The notes under the pieces were generated by a model. That model was given only the letters and a program-made list of their open reading frames with translations, made no database searches and was not told the origin of the DNA. A stretch of 64,000 nt of DNA from Propionibacteriaceae bacterium. GTDB taxonomy: Bacteria; Actinomycetota; Actinomycetes; Propionibacteriales; Propionibacteriaceae. The position numbers were made by a program, and so were the translations under genes. The stretch spans positions 25,339 to 89,338 of the forward strand of contig WQYR01000001.1 in assembly GCA_009781145.1 (NCBI GenBank), read 5' to 3'. This document shows positions 1 through 10,525 of the stretch, piece by piece (position 1 is the first letter of the stretch; every line of letters starts with the position of its first letter).

Positions 1-5
1 ACGGT

Positions 6-965
6 TCATGCCTGCCAGATCAAGTCCGTCGCCGTCAGCGGGGTCTTCAGGTAGCCTTTATCGGTCATCCAGGTCAACACATCGGTGACTTGCTGAGCCG
101 GGGGAGCGCCAGCCGCCGGGTACTGGCGCACCTGATAGGTGGTGTCCAGCGGTGAGGGCAAGTTGGCATTGGCTGCCAGCAGGGCGCGCTGGGCGCTGGG
201 GTCGGCGTTGATCACGTCAACGGCCTTGTCCCACTGTGCCAGCAGAGTTGTGATGGCGTCCGCGGCGCCGGGCTGGTCCAGCCACTTCTGGCTGACAGTG
301 AACACCGTCGAGGTGTAACCACCCACCTGGTCGATTCCGAGCACCGGCACGGCGCCCTGGGCGACGGCCAACTGGAACAGCGTCCACGGCAGCGCCGCAG
401 CCTTGATCTGGCCGGACGTCAACATCTGCAGGCGCACCGGCAGCGACTTGATCTCGGTGATCTTGATCTGGTCGGCTGGCACACCGGCGTCAGCCAGTGC
501 CTTGTCGTAGATGAACTCCAGAATGGTCGGCGATGCGCAGCCCGTCTCGACCCCTGCCAGGTCGGCGGCCGTCGTGATGCCAGTGTTGGCACCCGCAACG
601 ACTCCAGCCGGAGCACCCTGCATGAGGGTGACGTAGCGCATTGGGGTGCCGCCGGCACTCAGCTGGGCGCCAACAACCATGTCCGTCATTATGGCGTCGA
701 TCTGGCCGGCTGTGACGGCGGCAATCTGGTCTTGGGCCGACTGGAACGTCGTGATCGTCACGTCAAGGCCGGCGGACTGCAGCATCCCTTGGTCCTGGGC
801 TACCCACAACGGCAACAGATCGTCCGTCTGCAAGGTACCCACCCGCAGCGTCGGAGCGGCTGCCTCAGACGCGGTGGTAGGTGGGGGCGTCGATGACGAG
901 CACCCCGTCAAGGTCAAAGCTCCCAGGGTGGCCAGGGCAAAAAGTGACAGCGCGGCGCGCTTCAT
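6..965 (-). CDS. ABC transporter substrate-binding lipoprotein (NMT1/THI5-like, NitT/TauT type)
   Basis: ORF 6..1028. The internal ATG at 965 is preceded by GAGAGGAAA and followed by a signal peptide with lipobox LTLTGC. The rest of the sequence resembles a periplasmic binding protein. Confidence 0.7.
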   Translation of the reverse strand: MKRAALSLFALATLGALTLTGCSSSTPPPTTASEAAAPTLRVGTLQTDDLLPLWVAQDQGMLQSAGLDVTITTFQSAQDQIAAVTAGQIDAIMTDMVVGAQLSAGGTPMRYVTLMQGAPAGVVAGANTGITTAADLAGVETGCASPTILEFIYDKALADAGVPADQIKITEIKSLPVRLQMLTSGQIKAAALPWTLFQLAVAQGAVPVLGIDQVGGYTSTVFTVSQKWLDQPGAADAITTLLAQWDKAVDVINADPSAQRALLAANANLPSPLDTTYQVRQYPAAGAPPAQQVTDVLTWMTDKGYLKTPLTATDLIWQA

Positions 966-1048
966 GGGTTTCCTCTCGTCGGCAACAGACAATGACACAA
1001 GCTTAGGCGATCCATTCAAGCCAGTCACAGCTGGCCTTCATGGACCGC

Positions 1049-3631
1049 TCAGCTTTCGGGCGCAGGCTGATCGTCGGCGGTGGGGGTGACGGCACCAGCA
1101 ATAATGTCCTCCAATGGCGCGACATCAGGCGTCTCGCCTTTCGGAATGCCCTTAAAGATAAAGGCTTCCCCCTCAGTTGCCGTCTCGCCCTCAGCGGGCA
1201 CGTCAACCACCACAATTGAGCCGGGGACAAGTTCGCCATAAAGTATGCGTTCCGCCAGCGGGTCCTCGATATCGCGCTGAATGGCGCGACGAAGGGGCCG
1301 GGCACCCAGCACCGGGTCATAACCGCGCTTGGCGATCAGGGCCTTGGCGGCCGGGGTCAACTCAATACCCATGTCTTTGTCCGCCAGGCGCTGCTCCAAC
1401 TGGCCGATCATGAGGTCGACGATGTTTTCGATATCGTCGGTGGTGAGCTGGTGGAAAACAATCACTTCGTCGACGCGGTTCAAGAACTCGGGGCGGAAGT
1501 GCTGCTTCAGTTCGTCAGTCACCTTGGCTTTCATGGTCTCATAGGTGGACGTCTCGTCGCCCGCCCGTGTGAACCCCAAATTGACCGACTTGGAGATGTC
1601 GCGGGTGCCGAGGTTGGTGGTCATCACGATAACGGTGTTCTTGAAATCGACGACACGGCCCTGCGCGTCCGTCAGGCGACCCTCATCGAGAATCTGCAAA
1701 AGCGAATTGAAGATGTCGGGGTGAGCCTTTTCAATCTCGTCGAAAAGCACAACAGAGAATGGCTTGCGGCGCACCTTTTCCGTCAACTGGCCACCCTCTT
1801 CATAGCCGACATAACCAGGCGGTGAACCGAACATTCTCGACGCCGTATGCTTTTCGGAATACTCGCTCATGTCCAAGGTGATGAGTGCGTCCTCGTCGCC
1901 GAACAAGAATTCGGTTAGAGCCTTCGTCAACTCCGTCTTGCCGACACCCGATGGGCCGGCGAAAATGAACGAGCCGCTGGGGCGCTTGGGGTCTTTGAGG
2001 CCAGCGCGCGTGCGGCGAATAGAGCGCGCCAGAGCTTTTACGGCATCCGTTTGGCCGATATAGCGTTTGCCGATTTCGGCCTCCATTTGAAGCAGACGGG
2101 CCGATTCCTCCTCGGTCAAGCGCGAAACCGGCACACCTGTGCTGGACGAAAGCACCTGGGCGATTTCTTCTTCCGTGATCACGGCCGGTGTGGTGTCTTC
2201 ACCGTCATGCCAGGCCTTCTCCTGCTCGACCCGCTTTTCGCCGAGAATTCGTTCCTCATCGCGGAACTTGGCGGCAACCTCGAAATCCTGGGCGTCGATG
2301 GCGGCCTCTTTCTGGGCACGCACCGCGGCGATTTTCTCGTCGATTTCACGCAGGTCAGGTGGCGCCGTCATCTTGGAAATACGCATCCGGGCACCGGCCT
2401 CGTCGATCAGATCGATAGCCTTGTCCGGCAGGAAGCGATCCTGCACATAACGGTCGGCCAGGTTGGCGGCCGCCACCAGGGCCTCGTCAGTGATGGTGAC
2501 GCGGTGGTGCGCCTCGTAACGGTCGCGCAGACCCTTGAGAATGTCGACAGTCAAAGCGATTGACGGCTGTTCAACCTGAATGGGCTGGAAACGACGCTCC
2601 AGGGCAGCGTCTTTCTCAATATGCTTGCGGTATTCATCAAGCGTTGTGGCGCCAATGGTTTGAAGCTCGCCGCGGGCCAGCATCGGTTTAAGAATGGACG
2701 ACGCGTCGACAGCGCCTTCAGCGGCGCCGGCCCCGACAAGGGTGTGAATCTCGTCGATGAATAGCATGACGTCACCGCGGGTCTTGATTTCTTTAAGTAC
2801 CTTCTTCAGGCGCTCCTCAAAATCGCCGCGATAACGCGAACCAGCAATCAAGGCGCCCAAATCGAGGGTGTAGATCTGCTTATCTCGCAGTGTCTCAGGT
2901 ACATCGCCGCGGACGATGGCTTGCGCCAGACCCTCGACGACGGCGGTCTTGCCCACACCGGGCTGACCGATCAACACGGGATTGTTCTTGGTGCGACGGC
3001 TCAGCACCGTCATAACCCGTTCGATTTCTTTCTCGCGACCGATGACCGGATCAAGTTTGTTTTCGCGGGCAGCCTGCGTCAGGTTGCGCCCGAATTGGTC
3101 AAGCACAGAATTACCGGACGGGTTGGCACCCACCCGGCCACCAACACCGGCGCCGACCTCGACGGGTTCGGGGCCGCGAGCCTCGCCTTCCTGACCAGTG
3201 CCCTGCATCAACTGCATGACGGTGCTGCGCACCCGCCCCAAGTCGATACCAAGCTTGATCAGCACCTGGGCTGCCACGCCCTCACCTTCACGGCAAATTC
3301 CTAGCAAAACATGCTCGGTACCGATGTAGGAATGGTTCATTTGAAGAGCTTCGCGCAACGACAGCTCCAAAACCTTCTTCGCCCGCGGCGTGAAAGGGAT
3401 GTGACCGGTTGGCGGGTTCTGGCCATGGCCGATGATCTCTTCGAGCTGCGTTCGCACCTTTTCCAGAGTGACACCCAACTGCTCCAGCGCCTGAGCCGCG
3501 ACCCCTTCGCCCTCGTGAATCAGCCCAAGCAGAATGTGCTCGGTGCCGATGTAGTTGTGGTTCAGCAGTTTGGCTTCATCTTGGGCCAGCACGATGACCC
3601 GGCGGGCCCGGTCCGTAAATCGTTCAAACAT
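1049..3631 (-). CDS. clpC1: ATP-dependent Clp protease ATP-binding subunit ClpC1
   Basis: 860 aa. The N-terminus [20 protein letters not shown] matches the Clp_N repeats. Two AAA+ modules are present (GQPGVGKT and GPSGVGKT Walker A). Synteny with lsr2 is as in mycobacteria. Confidence 0.97.
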   Translation of the reverse strand: MFERFTDRARRVIVLAQDEAKLLNHNYIGTEHILLGLIHEGEGVAAQALEQLGVTLEKVRTQLEEIIGHGQNPPTGHIPFTPRAKKVLELSLREALQMNHSYIGTEHVLLGICREGEGVAAQVLIKLGIDLGRVRSTVMQLMQGTGQEGEARGPEPVEVGAGVGGRVGANPSGNSVLDQFGRNLTQAARENKLDPVIGREKEIERVMTVLSRRTKNNPVLIGQPGVGKTAVVEGLAQAIVRGDVPETLRDKQIYTLDLGALIAGSRYRGDFEERLKKVLKEIKTRGDVMLFIDEIHTLVGAGAAEGAVDASSILKPMLARGELQTIGATTLDEYRKHIEKDAALERRFQPIQVEQPSIALTVDILKGLRDRYEAHHRVTITDEALVAAANLADRYVQDRFLPDKAIDLIDEAGARMRISKMTAPPDLREIDEKIAAVRAQKEAAIDAQDFEVAAKFRDEERILGEKRVEQEKAWHDGEDTTPAVITEEEIAQVLSSSTGVPVSRLTEEESARLLQMEAEIGKRYIGQTDAVKALARSIRRTRAGLKDPKRPSGSFIFAGPSGVGKTELTKALTEFLFGDEDALITLDMSEYSEKHTASRMFGSPPGYVGYEEGGQLTEKVRRKPFSVVLFDEIEKAHPDIFNSLLQILDEGRLTDAQGRVVDFKNTVIVMTTNLGTRDISKSVNLGFTRAGDETSTYETMKAKVTDELKQHFRPEFLNRVDEVIVFHQLTTDDIENIVDLMIGQLEQRLADKDMGIELTPAAKALIAKRGYDPVLGARPLRRAIQRDIEDPLAERILYGELVPGSIVVVDVPAEGETATEGEAFIFKGIPKGETPDVAPLEDIIAGAVTPTADDQPAPES

Positions 3632-3671
3632 GTCTCTTTTTTCTCCTCAGCGGCGACCAACCACCCATTCT

Positions 3672-3720
3672 ACCCTGGGATGGCTCATCGCCACCCTGGG
3701 ATGGCTTGTCGCCACCCTCG
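3672..3720 (-). repeat. Tandem 21-bp direct repeat (2.3 copies) in the clpC1 upstream region
   Basis: ACCCTGGGATGGCTCATCGCC (3672-3692), ACCCTGGGATGGCTTGTCGCC (3693-3713), and a partial ACCCTCG. The repeats lie 40-90 nt upstream of the clpC1 start. Confidence 0.8.
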
Positions 3721-3729
3721 AACAACGCA

Positions 3730-3760
3730 CAGCGAGCCGGGGATGTTCCCCGGCTCGCTG
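3730..3760 (-). terminator. Hairpin terminator downstream of lsr2
   Basis: Perfect 14-bp stem CAGCGAGCCGGGGA / TCCCCGGCTCGCTG with a 3-nt loop. It lies 13 nt after the lsr2 stop and is followed on the minus strand by TGCGTTGTT. Confidence 0.75.
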
Positions 3761-3772
3761 TAAGAGGTGTTT

Positions 3773-4225
3773 TCAGATGGCGGCTTTGATGGCAGCCTTG
3801 GCTGCCAAGAATTGCTCGACGAGTGCCGGTGCAATGCGCCCGCGATCGGCGACCTTGATGCCCTGCTCGGTGGCCCAGGCGCGGACCTCGGACGGGCTCG
3901 GGCCATTCTTCTTGGTCACGCGGCGATGCGGCTTGGCAGCGGCCTTGGTCTTGGCGGCAGCCTTGGCAGCTGGCTTTGCAGCAGCCTTCGGTGCGGCCTT
4001 GGCGGCGGGTGCAGCAGCGGCAGCAGGCACAGCCTTTTGACGACCACCATAGCGCTCGCGCCTGGCAAGCTTGGCCCAACGGTCAAAATCGGCCTTCATG
4101 CTGGCGGCATGGGCATCGTTCAGGTCAATGTGGTACTTGTACCCTGCCCAAGAAAAGGTGAACGTCTTGGTGGCGGGGGAGCCGTCGATATCGTCAACTT
4201 TGTGGACGACTGTCTTAATGGCCAT
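3773..4225 (-). CDS. lsr2: Lsr2-family nucleoid-associated protein
   Basis: 150 aa. The N-terminal dimerisation domain (MAIKTVVHKVDDIDGS...) is followed by an Ala/Lys/Pro linker and a C-terminal DNA-binding motif (IRAWA..QG..V.DRGRI). It sits next to clpC1. Confidence 0.9.
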   Translation of the reverse strand: MAIKTVVHKVDDIDGSPATKTFTFSWAGYKYHIDLNDAHAASMKADFDRWAKLARRERYGGRQKAVPAAAAAPAAKAAPKAAAKPAAKAAAKTKAAAKPHRRVTKKNGPSPSEVRAWATEQGIKVADRGRIAPALVEQFLAAKAAIKAAI

Positions 4226-4362
4226 GTATGAGACTCCTTAACTGGATATGTTGACGTTCGAATATCGTCGCAAACCAGTATATGATAATCGGCTTGCCAC
4301 TACACCCGTTTATTTGTGTATTTGGTTTGTTTTTCCCGCAATTTGGCCAGAATGCGCCTCCA

Positions 4363-5217
4363 TCACCAGATTGGTGACAATTTGGAGACCGGTTTTGTAT
4401 CCGACGACGCCACCAAATCGGCGATCAGACCTTGCGGCAACCTTGCGCTTGGGGCGATCTCGGCCCAGGGTATCAAGACAAATGCCCTTTGCCAGGCCCG
4501 GGGGTGGGGTAGTGCCAACTCGTCGTCAGTGACCGTGACCTCGCCGAATGCGATGATATCGACATCGATGATGCGTGGTGCGTGCGGATAGGGGCGGGTG
4601 CGTCCCAGTGTGTGTTCAATGGACGCCGTTTGACGCAACAACTCGTGAGGCGTCAGTGTCGTCAACCCAATTACCACCAAGTTGTGATAATCGGGTTGGT
4701 GTTCGTCACCGACCTCGACTGGGGCCGTGCGGTAGATGCTGGAAAAGGCCATCAAATCGATGCCGGGTGTTTCCGCCAAGGCCTTCAATCCTTGACGCAG
4801 ATTGTTGTCAAGATCACCCAAATTGGTGCCGAGACTCAGCACGAATTCGGTGGCCGGGCAGCTATCACGCCGCCTTTTTACCCGGCAGATCACGTCGTCG
4901 AAAGGCACTTTGAGCGGCGCATTTGGTTTGTGCACCGTGATGCACACGGACCGCAACGATGGGTGGTCCCGCAGAAGCTGGCCAGCGATGGTACCGGCCA
5001 GTGTCTCGATCAAATCGACAGGGTGGCCTTGAATGGCATCGGTGACAATGTTGGCAATTCGCGAATAATCGACGGTGGCTGGCAGTGCGTCGACAGACGG
5101 TTCCGGACGATTCAATGTGACATCAACGACGAATTCCTGGCCGTCCCGACGTTCATAATCCCTGACGCCATGAAAGCCGACGGCGCGTAGCCCATTAATG
5201 TCAATTCGCATTTTCAC
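4363..5217 (-). CDS. folB-folK: Bifunctional dihydroneopterin aldolase / 6-hydroxymethyldihydropterin pyrophosphokinase (FolB-FolK fusion)
   Basis: 284 aa. The N-terminal ~120 aa resemble FolB (GLRAVGFHGV..E...GQEFVVDV). The C-terminal ~160 aa resemble FolK (LSLGTNLGD..., RIIDVDII..., LPHPRAWQRAFVL). Confidence 0.9.
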   Translation of the reverse strand: MKMRIDINGLRAVGFHGVRDYERRDGQEFVVDVTLNRPEPSVDALPATVDYSRIANIVTDAIQGHPVDLIETLAGTIAGQLLRDHPSLRSVCITVHKPNAPLKVPFDDVICRVKRRRDSCPATEFVLSLGTNLGDLDNNLRQGLKALAETPGIDLMAFSSIYRTAPVEVGDEHQPDYHNLVVIGLTTLTPHELLRQTASIEHTLGRTRPYPHAPRIIDVDIIAFGEVTVTDDELALPHPRAWQRAFVLIPWAEIAPSARLPQGLIADLVASSDTKPVSKLSPIW

Positions 5218-6005
5218 CTCTTTATTCGGCTCATCACGGCAATGGCCTGCTTATGGTCGGCGACCGTGTGCGTGCGAACCGCCCAAACGCCCTGGCTTGC
5301 ACACCAGGTGGTAATAGCTATGTTCGACGTTTCAACAGCCCAGTCGGCATTGCTGCCGGCCTGTTGCACAAACCGTTTGTTGGACGCGCCGACAAGTACC
5401 CGGTGGGGAAGTGCGGTGAAGGCGTCAATATGGGTCAAGATATTCCAGTCATCTTGCAGGTCGCCGCCAAAACCCAGACCGGGATCCAAAATGATGTGTG
5501 CTGTTTCAATACCGGCGTCGATGCAGGCGTCGCGGCGCCAGAGCAAATCGTCCAGTGTGGCTCGCCAATCAGTGGCGGCCAGGCCGCGTCGCCAACTTTG
5601 GCAAACGTAATCGACGCCGGCCTGGGCGACAACATCAAGCATCGCGGCGTCACCGTCACCGCCGCTGACGTCATTGATGATTGTTGCCCCGGCCGATATC
5701 GCGGCATGGGCGACCGTGGCGTCACGGGTGTCTACAGATATCGGCACGCCGGCCGATTCCAGCCCGTGCAAGACGGGCAATAGTCGGCGTAATTGCTCAT
5801 CGGTGGGCACCGGCTCGAAACCCGGTCTGGTTGATTCGGCACCGATATCCAGAATGTCGGCTCCGGCCGCCACAAGATCCAAACCATGATCGATGGCGGC
5901 AACTTGGTTGCTCCATTGGCCGCCGTCAAAGAACGAGTCAGGCGTCACGTTGATAATGCCCATCACCTTGGTGGGGTGCTCGGCCGCGTCAGGGGCATAT
6001 GTCAT
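5214..6005 (-). CDS. folP: Dihydropteroate synthase
   Basis: The motif [16 protein letters not shown] is present. The start was moved to the ATG at 6005, which overlaps the folE stop (ATGA). The longer ORF-track N-terminus is Arg-rich and does not look like protein. Confidence 0.93.
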   Translation of the reverse strand: MTYAPDAAEHPTKVMGIINVTPDSFFDGGQWSNQVAAIDHGLDLVAAGADILDIGAESTRPGFEPVPTDEQLRRLLPVLHGLESAGVPISVDTRDATVAHAAISAGATIINDVSGGDGDAAMLDVVAQAGVDYVCQSWRRGLAATDWRATLDDLLWRRDACIDAGIETAHIILDPGLGFGGDLQDDWNILTHIDAFTALPHRVLVGASNKRFVQQAGSNADWAVETSNIAITTWCASQGVWAVRTHTVADHKQAIAVMSRIKR

Positions 6006-6595
6006 CGCTGGCTGCCCATGATCAGGCTCATGGCCTCGGCGCGCGTCGCCGGGCTGCGCAACAGGCCGCGCACAGCGGAGGTGACGGTGTGAGACCCGGG
6101 CTTTTTGACCCCACGCATCGTCATGCAGAGGTGCTCGCAATCGACGACGACCAGCACGCCGCGGGCGCCCAGTTGTGTGGTCAAAGCGTCGGCTATCTGT
6201 GTTGTCAGACGTTCTTGCACCTGGGGACGTCGGGCATAGACGTCAACCAGACGCGCCAACTTGGACAAGCCGGTGATACGGCCGTTGGCGGGCGGAATGT
6301 AGGCCACATGAGCCACGCCCTCGAAAGGCAGAAGGTGATGCTCGCAAATCGAGTGGACGTCGATGTCGCGCACCAGCACCATCTCGTCATGGCTGGCATC
6401 AAAGGTGGTGGCGAGCACCTGTGTGGCGTCCTCGCGCAACCCCGCAAAAATCTCTTCGCAAGCCCGGGCGACGCGCGCCGGCGTGTCCGCCAGGCCATCG
6501 CGGTCGGGGTCCTCGCCGATGCCGATCAGGAACTCCCGCACGGCCGCCTGCACCCGCTGATGGTCGATTTGGCCGGCCTGGTTGGTATTGCTCAT
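6002..6595 (-). CDS. folE: GTP cyclohydrolase I
   Basis: Motifs CEHHLLPF and [10 protein letters not shown] are present. The start is placed at the ATG at 6595, after GCGAGGACGAG. An alternative ATG exists at 6616. Confidence 0.93.
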   Translation of the reverse strand: MSNTNQAGQIDHQRVQAAVREFLIGIGEDPDRDGLADTPARVARACEEIFAGLREDATQVLATTFDASHDEMVLVRDIDVHSICEHHLLPFEGVAHVAYIPPANGRITGLSKLARLVDVYARRPQVQERLTTQIADALTTQLGARGVLVVVDCEHLCMTMRGVKKPGSHTVTSAVRGLLRSPATRAEAMSLIMGSQR

Positions 6596-6699
6596 CTCGT
6601 CCTCGCTTAGCTGCATTCCAGTCAAGCCTACCGGTGTCTCCCGCTGAAGTGGGTTTGACCGGTATTGTTGGGTGATAATCGCAACAACTGGAGGTGGCT

Positions 6700-7380
6700 G
6701 TGGCCAGGATTCTGCTGGTGAGCCCGGCAAATCAGCGTGCCGGTGTGCCGCTGCCTGCCCTGGACATGCTGCCGCACGAGGTGGTTCCGGTTCGCGGCGC
6801 CGATGCTGCGCTCAGTCACCCGGGTGTGGCCGATCTTGTCGTGGTGGACGGCCGCGCCGACCTGGTGCAGGCCCGCACCACCTGTCAGCTTTTGGTGACG
6901 GCCAGCCAAAACAGGGTCCTGCTGATCGTCCCGGTGGCGTCGCTGCCGGTGCTGACAAGTGGCTGGGGCATTGACGATTTCGTCGTCGACACCGTCACAG
7001 CCGCCGAGATGGACGCCCGCGTGCGCCTGCTGATCGAGTCGACCCCCGAATCGTCGGCCCTCGTGGCTGGCCCGCTGACAATCGACGACGCCAGCTACAC
7101 GGCCACCGCCTACGGAAACTCGATCGACCTGACATACACCGAGTTCGAACTGCTGAAGTACATGGTGAGCCACGAGGGAAGGGTGTTGACCCGCGAGCAG
7201 TTGTTGTCGGACGTGTGGGGCTACGACTATTTTGGCGGTACGCGCACCGTCGATGTACATATCAGGCGACTGCGGGCCAAGCTGGGCCCCCGCTTGGAAC
7301 ACTGTATCCAGACTGTGCGTAACGTGGGATACCGCTTTAGCCCCGTCCGAACACCTGACGGCACGAAAGAGAACGAGTAG
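6700..7380 (+). CDS. glnR: OmpR-family winged-helix regulator with atypical receiver, GlnR-like
   Basis: Matches the remembered GlnR pattern: [69 protein letters not shown]. The acidic DD pocket and the conserved Lys are absent. The GTG at 6700 follows a GGAGG; an alternative GTG is at 6694. Confidence 0.75.
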   Translation: MARILLVSPANQRAGVPLPALDMLPHEVVPVRGADAALSHPGVADLVVVDGRADLVQARTTCQLLVTASQNRVLLIVPVASLPVLTSGWGIDDFVVDTVTAAEMDARVRLLIESTPESSALVAGPLTIDDASYTATAYGNSIDLTYTEFELLKYMVSHEGRVLTREQLLSDVWGYDYFGGTRTVDVHIRRLRAKLGPRLEHCIQTVRNVGYRFSPVRTPDGTKENE

Positions 7381-7445
7381 CCTTGTTTGGGGAGGTGAAT
7401 GACCACTGTCCCCGATTGACAATCGTCCCCATGATGAAGGAGATC

Positions 7446-9620
7446 ATGCACATGGATGCAGTGCCCGATGAGGTGACACCGGCGGTGCCGGTGCGTACGA
7501 CGCCTGATCTGCCGGCAAGGCCACCACAGCCGGTGGCGGTGCCGCAGGACGACGACGCACCCCTGCCGGTTGACCGCTACGGCGACCGCGAACTCGGTTG
7601 GCTGGCGTTCAACAACCGTGTGCTCGACCTGGCCAAAGACCAGGCGCGCGTGCCTTTGTTGGAACGAGCCCGCTTCATGGCTATCTTCAGTTCGAATCTG
7701 GACGAGTTCTTCATGGTGCGGGTGGCTGGCCTCAAGCGTCGCATCGACGCCGGGGTGGCTGTGCCGTCGACCAATGGCATGGGGCCGCGCGAACTGCACG
7801 CCGCCATCCTGACCCGTACCCACGAGTTGGTCGACGATCTGCAGGACGTGTACTTCAACCAGGTGGCGCCCGAGTTGGCTGCCAACGGCATTCAGGTGGT
7901 GGATTGCGCTGACCTTGACGGGGACGAGCGCGAGCGCATGAATCTGCTGTTCGCCGACCGGATTTTCCCCGTCCTGACGCCGCTGACGGTCGACCCGTCC
8001 CACCCGTTCCCCTACATTTCGGGGCTCAGCCTGAACATCGCGGTGCTGCTGCGCAACCCGTCCACCGGGGCCCGGCAGTTCGCGCGAATCAAAGTGCCCA
8101 CGATCCTGGATCGTTTCATACCGATCGGCGGCGGACGTTTCGTGCCGCTGGAATCGGTGATGATTCATCACCTCGACAAGGTGTTCACCGGAATGCAGAT
8201 TCTGCAGCACACCACATTCCGGGTGACACGCAACGAGGACATCGAGGTCGAGGAAGACGACGCCGAGAACCTGCTGTATGCCTTGGAGACGGAACTGCTG
8301 CGCCGCCGAACGGGACGTCCCCCGGTGCGCCTGGAGGTCGAGAAAGACATCGACGACGAGATGCTCGAAATGCTGGTGCGCCAGCTAAACGTCACCGAGC
8401 GCGAGGTTTTCCGGCTGCCTGCCCCGCTCGATTTGACGGCCCTGTTCTCGATCGCCGACATCGACCGTGAAGACCTCAAATACCCCAACTTCTTGCCCAA
8501 GACACACCCGCACCTGGCCGAGGTGGAAACCGCCCGGTCGGCCGACGTTTTTGCGGCCATGCGCAAGAGGGACGTCCTGCTGCACCACCCTTACGATTCT
8601 TTCGCCACCAGCGTCCAGAGGCTTGTCGAGCAGGCCGCTGCAGACCCGAAGGTGCTGGCCATCAAGTTGACGCTGTACCGCACCAGCGGCGATTCGCCGA
8701 TCGTCGACGCTTTGATCGAGGCTGCCAAGGCCGGCAAGCAGGTGCTGGCCGTGGTCGAAATCAAGGCCCGGTTCGACGAGGAGGCCAACATTGCGTGGGC
8801 CCGCAAGCTGGAAAAGTACGGCGTTCACGTGGTCTACGGCATGGTGGGTTTGAAGACGCACTGCAAGCTCATCCTGATTGTGCGCGACGAGGCAGAGGGC
8901 CTGCGCCGCTACGCCCACGTCGGCACCGGAAACTACAACCCAAAGACGGCCCGCCTGTACGAGGATATGGGCCTGCTGACGGCCAACCCGATAATTACCG
9001 ACGATGTGTCGCGGCTGTTCAACCATCTTTCGGGCATGAGCCACGAGTCGAATTACCGCCGCCTGATGGTTGCCCCGGCCGGGGTGCGTGTCGGTCTGTT
9101 GGAGAGCATCGAGCGGGAGATCGAAAACCACCGCGCCGGGCTGCCTGCCCGTGTTCGCATGAAGGTCAACTCGATTGTTGACGAGGCCATCATCGACGCG
9201 CTTTACCGAGCAAGCCAGGCGGGTGTCCAGGTGCAGTTGTGGGTGCGTGGAACCTGCACGATCAGGCCAGGCGTGCCGGGCTTGAGCGACAACATTGAGA
9301 TCATTTCGATCCTCGGGCGTTTCCTGGAACACTCGCGCCTGTATTGGTTTGAGAATGCCGGAAAGCCGGCGGTCGGCATCGGGTCGGCCGACATGATGCA
9401 CCGGAATCTTGACCGCCGCGTCGAGGTGATTGTTGGCATCACGCACGCCGCGCACATCGCCGAGATCGGTGACCTGTTCGATATCGCGTTCGACCCGGGA
9501 ACCGTCACCTGGCGGCTGCACGACCTTGAATGGTCGCCGCGCACACTCGATCAGGACGGTAGGCCGCTGCGTGACATGCAGGAGTATTTGATCAACGCCA
9601 TGGCCGGACGTCGCCGCTGA
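7446..9620 (+). CDS. ppk: Polyphosphate kinase 1
   Basis: [13 protein letters not shown]...[11 protein letters not shown], plus two PLD-like C-terminal domains. The start is uncertain among 7431, 7446 and 7452; AAGGAG lies at 7438-7443. Confidence 0.95.
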   Translation: MHMDAVPDEVTPAVPVRTTPDLPARPPQPVAVPQDDDAPLPVDRYGDRELGWLAFNNRVLDLAKDQARVPLLERARFMAIFSSNLDEFFMVRVAGLKRRIDAGVAVPSTNGMGPRELHAAILTRTHELVDDLQDVYFNQVAPELAANGIQVVDCADLDGDERERMNLLFADRIFPVLTPLTVDPSHPFPYISGLSLNIAVLLRNPSTGARQFARIKVPTILDRFIPIGGGRFVPLESVMIHHLDKVFTGMQILQHTTFRVTRNEDIEVEEDDAENLLYALETELLRRRTGRPPVRLEVEKDIDDEMLEMLVRQLNVTEREVFRLPAPLDLTALFSIADIDREDLKYPNFLPKTHPHLAEVETARSADVFAAMRKRDVLLHHPYDSFATSVQRLVEQAAADPKVLAIKLTLYRTSGDSPIVDALIEAAKAGKQVLAVVEIKARFDEEANIAWARKLEKYGVHVVYGMVGLKTHCKLILIVRDEAEGLRRYAHVGTGNYNPKTARLYEDMGLLTANPIITDDVSRLFNHLSGMSHESNYRRLMVAPAGVRVGLLESIEREIENHRAGLPARVRMKVNSIVDEAIIDALYRASQAGVQVQLWVRGTCTIRPGVPGLSDNIEIISILGRFLEHSRLYWFENAGKPAVGIGSADMMHRNLDRRVEVIVGITHAAHIAEIGDLFDIAFDPGTVTWRLHDLEWSPRTLDQDGRPLRDMQEYLINAMAGRRR

Positions 9621-10525
9621 TGGCCGCCGTAGTGGGGCGTCCAGTCGTCAGGGCAGCAGGGTTGGTGGTGTGGCGCCAAGGCGCCAGCGGTACCGAGGTG
9701 TTGACGGTGCATCGTCCCGCCTGGCAGGACTGGGTGCTGCCTAAAGGTCACATCGACGAGGGTGAGCTGCCACCCGTGACGGCCTGCCGCGAGTTCACTG
9801 AGGAAAGCGGGTATCGAGGCGTGGCGGCCCGCCCGGTGGCCGTCATGGATTACCCGGTGAAGAACACCACCAAGCGGGTGCATTGGTGGGTCGGGCGCTT
9901 GATCGGTTCGTCTAGTCGGCCGCCGGCCGATCCGCGCGAAATCGATGCCGTGGTGTGGCGTCCGGTGGCTGACGCGTTGGCGGTGCTGACCTACGCGGAC
10001 GAGCGCCAAGTGTTGACGAAAGCCCTCGCCCTGGGCTCCAGCCGCACATTGGTGATCGTTCGTCATGCCAAGGCGGCGCCGCGGGAAACCTGGACGAAGG
10101 CCGACTCACTGCGCCCACTCAGCGAGCGGGGTCAGCGCCAGGCCAAGAAGCTGCGCGAACTGCTGGCCGCTTACGGCGTCGGCGCCTTGATGGCATCCCC
10201 AGCGGCACGCTGCAAGCAGACGCTGCGGCCATATTCGCAAAGCCGTCACGTCAAAATTGAACTTAGGCCCGAGCTTTCCGACGAGGCTGTCCGTCCGTCC
10301 GACCTCGCCCGGCTGATGCGCGAGCTGCGCGCCGACTTGCTGGCCGACAGTGTGCCCCGTGCCATCTGCGGTCATCTGCCGAGCCTGCCCGCGATGGCCG
10401 CGTCCTTGGGTTGGGGAGAAGACATTGAGACGGTGCCGATGAAGACGGCTGAGGCGTTGGTGCTACATCTTGACGCCAGGACGGGCTCGGTGCAGGCCAG
10501 CGAGCGCTATCGCTGCTTACTTTGA
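9620..10525 (+). CDS. mutT1: NUDIX hydrolase fused to a histidine-phosphatase domain (MutT1-like)
   Basis: Nudix box GHIDEGELPPVTACREFTEESG. The C-terminal half begins LVIVRHAKA, an RHG-type phosphatase motif. The ATG overlaps the ppk stop (ATGA). Confidence 0.8.
   Translation: MAAVVGRPVVRAAGLVVWRQGASGTEVLTVHRPAWQDWVLPKGHIDEGELPPVTACREFTEESGYRGVAARPVAVMDYPVKNTTKRVHWWVGRLIGSSSRPPADPREIDAVVWRPVADALAVLTYADERQVLTKALALGSSRTLVIVRHAKAAPRETWTKADSLRPLSERGQRQAKKLRELLAAYGVGALMASPAARCKQTLRPYSQSRHVKIELRPELSDEAVRPSDLARLMRELRADLLADSVPRAICGHLPSLPAMAASLGWGEDIETVPMKTAEALVLHLDARTGSVQASERYRCLL

Noticed and set aside
3624-4231. Several overlapping 150-160-aa ORFs on both strands around lsr2.
   Set aside because: Only the 3773-4225 minus frame gives the Lsr2 domains. 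The other frames are translations of the Ala/Lys/Pro-linker-encoding GC-rich repeat.
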